Part shown: one piece after another, positions 60,154-64,000 of the stretch | Position numbering within the stretch: the first letter of the stretch is position 1 | How the letters are laid out: every line of letters starts with the position of its first letter | Source: a plasmid | Direction: 5' to 3' (one strand) | DNA: 64,000 bases | NCBI RefSeq assembly: GCF_054482525.1 | Contig: NZ_JBTHVG010000003.1 | The notes under the pieces: model-generated | Database searches by the model: none | The model's input: only the letters and a program-made list of their open reading frames with translations | What the model was told of the DNA's origin: nothing | Position numbers and translations under genes: made by a program

Positions 60154-60720
60154 TTATTCGTTTTGTTTCTGTTCGTTATACTGCTCAAACCAGAAGACGA
60201 CCGGTTTTACTACAATATGAAGCAAACCAAAACGTTCTGCGGTACGGAAATTCACGCTATATGCGCGAGCCCGTTCAACCTGTTTGGTAATTTCATTTCT
60301 CATTCCTTCAACACTAAAAGCTCCTTTAAAAAGGTTGCAGGGAGCGCATGATGGAAATAAGTTTTCTATTGCATGCAGTTCAGGGTGCATAACCTTACCC
60401 GTACTTCGGGCAACATGAGTTACGCCGCTGCCGACCGGGGCTCTCACCAGTTCAAAGTCGCGTCGAACAGGCTCAACATGATCGGCATGCCACCCTTTTT
60501 CAGGAAGCTTGCAACCACAATAGGCACAACGCCCCCCAAATTTCATTCGCAGCTCAGCTCGCTGTATTTTAGAGATCTTATTTTTAGGTTTTGAGAACCT
60601 ACCATCAGGTGATTCCGCTTTGGATAACTTTGCTGAGGGCTCAGGTAACTCAACTAAATTCCCGTTGATATTTATCACCTTGACCATATCATTTTCCGCC
60701 TTTACTAATCTCACGGGCAC
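60154..60720 (-). CDS. HNH endonuclease (zinc-finger-containing HNH motif)
   Basis: ...GGRCAYCGCKLPEKGWHADHVEPV...CAPCN... HNH core. Confidence 0.65.
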   Translation of the reverse strand: MPVRLVKAENDMVKVININGNLVELPEPSAKLSKAESPDGRFSKPKNKISKIQRAELRMKFGGRCAYCGCKLPEKGWHADHVEPVRRDFELVRAPVGSGVTHVARSTGKVMHPELHAIENLFPSCAPCNLFKGAFSVEGMRNEITKQVERARAYSVNFRTAERFGLLHIVVKPVVFWFEQYNEQKQNE

Positions 60721-60747
60721 AGGAGCTGGCTTAAGTAACCGCTGAAG

Positions 60748-60936
60748 TTAACAGCCACTGACTGCCTCTACCCAGACCTTCTGTTTATACTCAATAGGCC
60801 ACCCCTCTTTATCTGCCCGGATGACGCAATCATTTACCGTGGTGCGTGACCGGATACGAACATCAAGCGGAAGCGAATCGTTATCCACACGAGCCTGTGC
60901 CTCATTTAAAATGCGTAAAAACATCTCTTTGGTCAT
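60748..60936 (-). CDS. Small hypothetical protein
   Basis: 62-aa ORF. Confidence 0.3.
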   Translation of the reverse strand: MTKEMFLRILNEAQARVDNDSLPLDVRIRSRTTVNDCVIRADKEGWPIEYKQKVWVEAVSGC

Positions 60937-61244
60937 TCAGATACCCCCTCAACTTTGCGAATTTTGATCAGATGAGGGCGATTCAGTTTACAAAGTTGTT
61001 CTGTCGCTTCATCAATCGAATTGAACCGATGAGCCTCTTCGATATTTAAAGTCCAGTATTTCGCTTTCCCTTCTCCCAGATCGGACTCAAAATAATTTCG
61101 CTTTACATCCATTTTTTTAGGCCTGCCATTTATCTTGACGACATTATGTCTGTCATCAAAAAGAAATTCGTCCCCCTCAAAAGTGATTAATACAAATGGC
61201 CCCTCAGGCTTGGAAGTCCGGGGACTTCCCATTTTCAAAGTCAT
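60933..61244 (-). CDS. Hypothetical protein
   Basis: 103-aa ORF. Confidence 0.35.
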   Translation of the reverse strand: MTLKMGSPRTSKPEGPFVLITFEGDEFLFDDRHNVVKINGRPKKMDVKRNYFESDLGEGKAKYWTLNIEEAHRFNSIDEATEQLCKLNRPHLIKIRKVEGVSE

Positions 61245-61306
61245 ACTTCAGCCTCTCGATAGAACTCATGAAACCTCAAATTAAAATGGACTCACACCAC
61301 ACTGAT

Positions 61307-61546
61307 TCAGTATTCCTCCTGAACCCCATTAGGCTCTGTTGTGATTTCATATTTAATACCGCCAGGTGCTCCCACAGCGTCCGCGACCGACTCACACAGC
61401 AGCGAGAGATCGTTGAGGGTCATTGGGTGTTCAATGTCCAGCGTGAAGAGTTTCCCGGCTTGCTTGGCGGCTGTCTTGTCAGCATGTTCAGCATTAAAAA
61501 GGTATACGGTGTGTTTTTCCTGAGCGGGGGTATTTTGATTTTGCAT
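61307..61546 (-). CDS. Small conserved protein, paralog B (shares motif with 56118..56342)
   Basis: See paralog A; palindrome copy 133 bp upstream. Confidence 0.5.
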   Translation of the reverse strand: MQNQNTPAQEKHTVYLFNAEHADKTAAKQAGKLFTLDIEHPMTLNDLSLLCESVADAVGAPGGIKYEITTEPNGVQEEY

Positions 61547-61678
61547 TGATGATCCTTTTGTTTAGTTCCCCGATTCCGGGGGTGAGTGAATTAATTTAAA
61601 TTTATATTTGTCTGGTTTAATTAGAACGTTTCCAGGCTATGCGTAAACAGGTAATGCAAAGGCTGTATCAACAGGATT

Positions 61679-61689
61679 AAAGTTACTTT
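61679..61689. promoter_or_regulatory. AAAGT(A/T)ACTTT palindrome copy
   Basis: tTAAAGTTACTTTTCTgg; 133 bp upstream of paralog B, downstream of the PAPS-reductase-like gene. Confidence 0.5.
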
Positions 61690-61795
61690 TCTGGATGCAG
61701 CAACGCTTGGACATGATGTCCACATTACATCACGATCAAAGCTAAGTTTTTTTTGTATAACCCCTTCATTTTCGTGTGTTTCGCGTTTCAGACGC

Positions 61796-64000
61796 TTATA
61801 CGACCTGCCTGACCATCCTCATCAGAAGGCGGTTTAACAGTCCTTTCGCTGTCGGGCGATTGCTATCGACATAGTAAAAACCTGTTTTGGTCGTACCGTG
61901 AGCACTGCTCAGCACCCTCAGTTCCCAGATAACGTCACGGATAACGCCGCCATTTTCTGGCTTAAGGCATTCAGATAAATGGCGCATGAAACGAGCTCTT
62001 ACGGCACGGTAATAGCGGAACTCCTCTGGCTGGTTAGTATTTTCTTTCACCCGGAGTCGCTGGTTACACAGAGTTAGAACTGCATCCATCATTCCCGCCT
62101 TCAGCTTCGCCTGGATCGCACCTTGTTGCTGTTCCCTCTCACCTTCGAGTAACGTTAAGATTCTTTCTCCGAGTGCCGTCTTGTTGTGTACGTGCAACTG
62201 TACACAGGCAGCTACGCATGCCCAGAATCTGAACTTTTTTATCTGTCCACGCAATTTCCGGGCTACAACCTGACGGTATGCAGTATCGCTGAGTATTTTA
62301 AAACGCCGACTGGCAACCAGCTCTGGAAGCGACACTCTTTCGCCTATCCCCAGGCGGGAAAAGGTTTGTCCCCGTTGTGCGAGACGATGATAGACAGCGC
62401 CCTTCCCTTTTGAAATTCGGACCGCGCCATAACGAAGAAGATACTGAGCAGCAGTCGTTGGAGTAAACTCACCGTCAGCGATGCTCTGGCGTAACCCGTC
62501 GTATTCATGCCAGATAATCCAGGACGCCGTATCTTCTTCAACAGTCAGCTCATCCTCTTCCTCGAATGCCACGACGACAGAACTGCTCTCTCCGGTCTTT
62601 AGGCTACGTGAAGCCCTGGGGTCAGCCTGCCCGTCAAAATAGGTCATCAGCGGCAACGTATCAGTCAGTCCATCATAAGCTGTACCGAACCGGCCTCCGG
62701 GCAGTTTCATCCAGAGTGGAGCTGGCATTGGTGTACGGGCCACAGGCAGCATGTCAGGCTCATCCTCAAGAAGGTCCAGATCGGCCTCTTCCCAGACTCT
62801 GCGATAGATCTCAATTGCCCGAAACGGGCGAGGGTTGAAACAGTGCAACGACCAGAGGAAATCAACGTGGATCACGTTTGCTTCATGTACAAGCCGAAAT
62901 TGTGGCTCAGCCATACGACGGTTATAAGCCGTATCGTCCACCTCGCCGGAAAGTAGCTTTCTGCGATGCTTTGCCGCACGTCTGGCTTCAACATAATCAA
63001 GGCTGCAACAGACATGAAAAAGACGTTCAGTCAGGGACGAAGAAAAGATATTGGGTTGAAGACGCACATACCCGCCTTCGAACACTTTACGACCGATATA
63101 ATCCCGCAGGCTCCAGTCGTACTGGATCTTAGAAAGAAATCGCTGAAGACGACTTAGGCCTGCCTGATAACCATATTTCTCAGGGTCAGTGCGAAGGAGC
63201 GTTTCCATTGAATGGTCAACCCCTACGGCTGTGCAAAGCGAGCACCCATATCTAGCCCCACAAGCTGAGGTTCGCGTGGGTTTCTCCGGCGACCAGATAC
63301 ACTCTCCGGTGGCGTCTTTATAAAGCGTTGCCAGGCTGAAGTTATCCGGCATAAAGCTTGGTAAAGGGAAGCGGGATTCGGAACCACAGGCCATTAGAAA
63401 AGACCAGATGTCCTGAGTGCGCCACTCCTTTACTGGATAGAGTTCACCACCGTGCTCAGTCAGGGTTACTTTCCTCGCCTGCCCTCCCATTTTGAGGATA
63501 TTTCCGGCCCTTCGGGCACTTTCATCATCCCTGGAGCCCAGCATCAGGCATACCCTGCTTCGTACGGATGCCGGGGCGTTTTTTAGATAACGAGCTTTGG
63601 CCTTGCGCAGGGGGGCGATTTTGTAGTCGGTTGAGCACTGACGGGTTGAAGAATTAGTCCAGGTCGGAAGTCCACGTCCAGTCAGAATGCGGCCTACCCA
63701 GCTCTGCGTAAGAGACGGTTGGGCGACAAGGACTGTGACCGGTAGCTGGTGTTCAGCAATGAACATTCTAAGCTGGTTGAGAACCTGTGAAGCCTGATAG
63801 TGCATCTCAGGGTTTTCGATCAGCGTATCGGACATCTGAATGAAATGATGTTCGCTGATATTTGTGCCGTTACGTACTGCCCTGATCAATGCCATCAGAA
63901 ATAGGTGAAGAAGAGAATGGGAGTCTTTACCGCCACTGTATCCCACGCACATCGTCCATCCGTCCGTAATAGCCTGATAAATAGCAGATGTGGCTGACGT
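61796..64000 (-). CDS. PAPS-reductase-like (PP-loop ATP pyrophosphatase, DndC-like) large protein; 5' end beyond the window
   Basis: ...VGYSGGKDSHSLLHLF... PP-loop SGGKDS motif; reading frame stays open upstream of the listed Met to position 64000. Confidence 0.6.
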   Translation of the reverse strand, partial: TSATSAIYQAITDGWTMCVGYSGGKDSHSLLHLFLMALIRAVRNGTNISEHHFIQMSDTLIENPEMHYQASQVLNQLRMFIAEHQLPVTVLVAQPSLTQSWVGRILTGRGLPTWTNSSTRQCSTDYKIAPLRKAKARYLKNAPASVRSRVCLMLGSRDDESARRAGNILKMGGQARKVTLTEHGGELYPVKEWRTQDIWSFLMACGSESRFPLPSFMPDNFSLATLYKDATGECIWSPEKPTRTSACGARYGCSLCTAVGVDHSMETLLRTDPEKYGYQAGLSRLQRFLSKIQYDWSLRDYIGRKVFEGGYVRLQPNIFSSSLTERLFHVCCSLDYVEARRAAKHRRKLLSGEVDDTAYNRRMAEPQFRLVHEANVIHVDFLWSLHCFNPRPFRAIEIYRRVWEEADLDLLEDEPDMLPVARTPMPAPLWMKLPGGRFGTAYDGLTDTLPLMTYFDGQADPRASRSLKTGESSSVVVAFEEEDELTVEEDTASWIIWHEYDGLRQSIADGEFTPTTAAQYLLRYGAVRISKGKGAVYHRLAQRGQTFSRLGIGERVSLPELVASRRFKILSDTAYRQVVARKLRGQIKKFRFWACVAACVQLHVHNKTALGERILTLLEGEREQQQGAIQAKLKAGMMDAVLTLCNQRLRVKENTNQPEEFRYYRAVRARFMRHLSECLKPENGGVIRDVIWELRVLSSAHGTTKTGFYYVDSNRPTAKGLLNRLLMRMVRQVV

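Overview
Plasmid-type mosaic, read by eye from the sequence and ORF track; no searches were run. The left 12 kb is a GC-rich, IS26-structured resistance region: sul1 plus a 3' remnant of qacEdelta1 (class 1 integron 3'-CS without intI1 or cassettes), a Tn3-family terminal IR with a 3' tnpA fragment cut by IS26, an IS26-bounded low-GC insert carrying a bleO-type bleomycin-binding protein gene, and an IS26-oqxA-oqxB-oqxR-IS26 unit (Tn6010-like). The remaining ~52 kb is lower-GC conjugative-plasmid backbone: a LexA-box-controlled umuDC-like operon, a periplasmic Dsb cluster, F-type mating-pair genes (TraF/TrbB-, TraH-, TraG-like), a divergent region with tandem palindromic repeats (candidate oriT), and a relaxase operon (HD-motif MOB_H-like relaxase, coupling protein) that ends in an S49 peptidase + NERD gene pair. 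Beyond that lie arrays of small unknown genes, a ParB/KorB-like gene, a hok-family toxin locus bracketed by IS186 and IS150, and a PAPS-reductase-like gene running off the window end. The architecture resembles IncHI-type plasmids, but that assignment is from memory only. The most striking unexplained signal is an 11-bp palindrome AAAGT(A/T)ACTTT present 13 times in the backbone, mostly promoter-proximal, and not seen in the resistance island. Candidate novel systems are flagged in the findings; none is proven.
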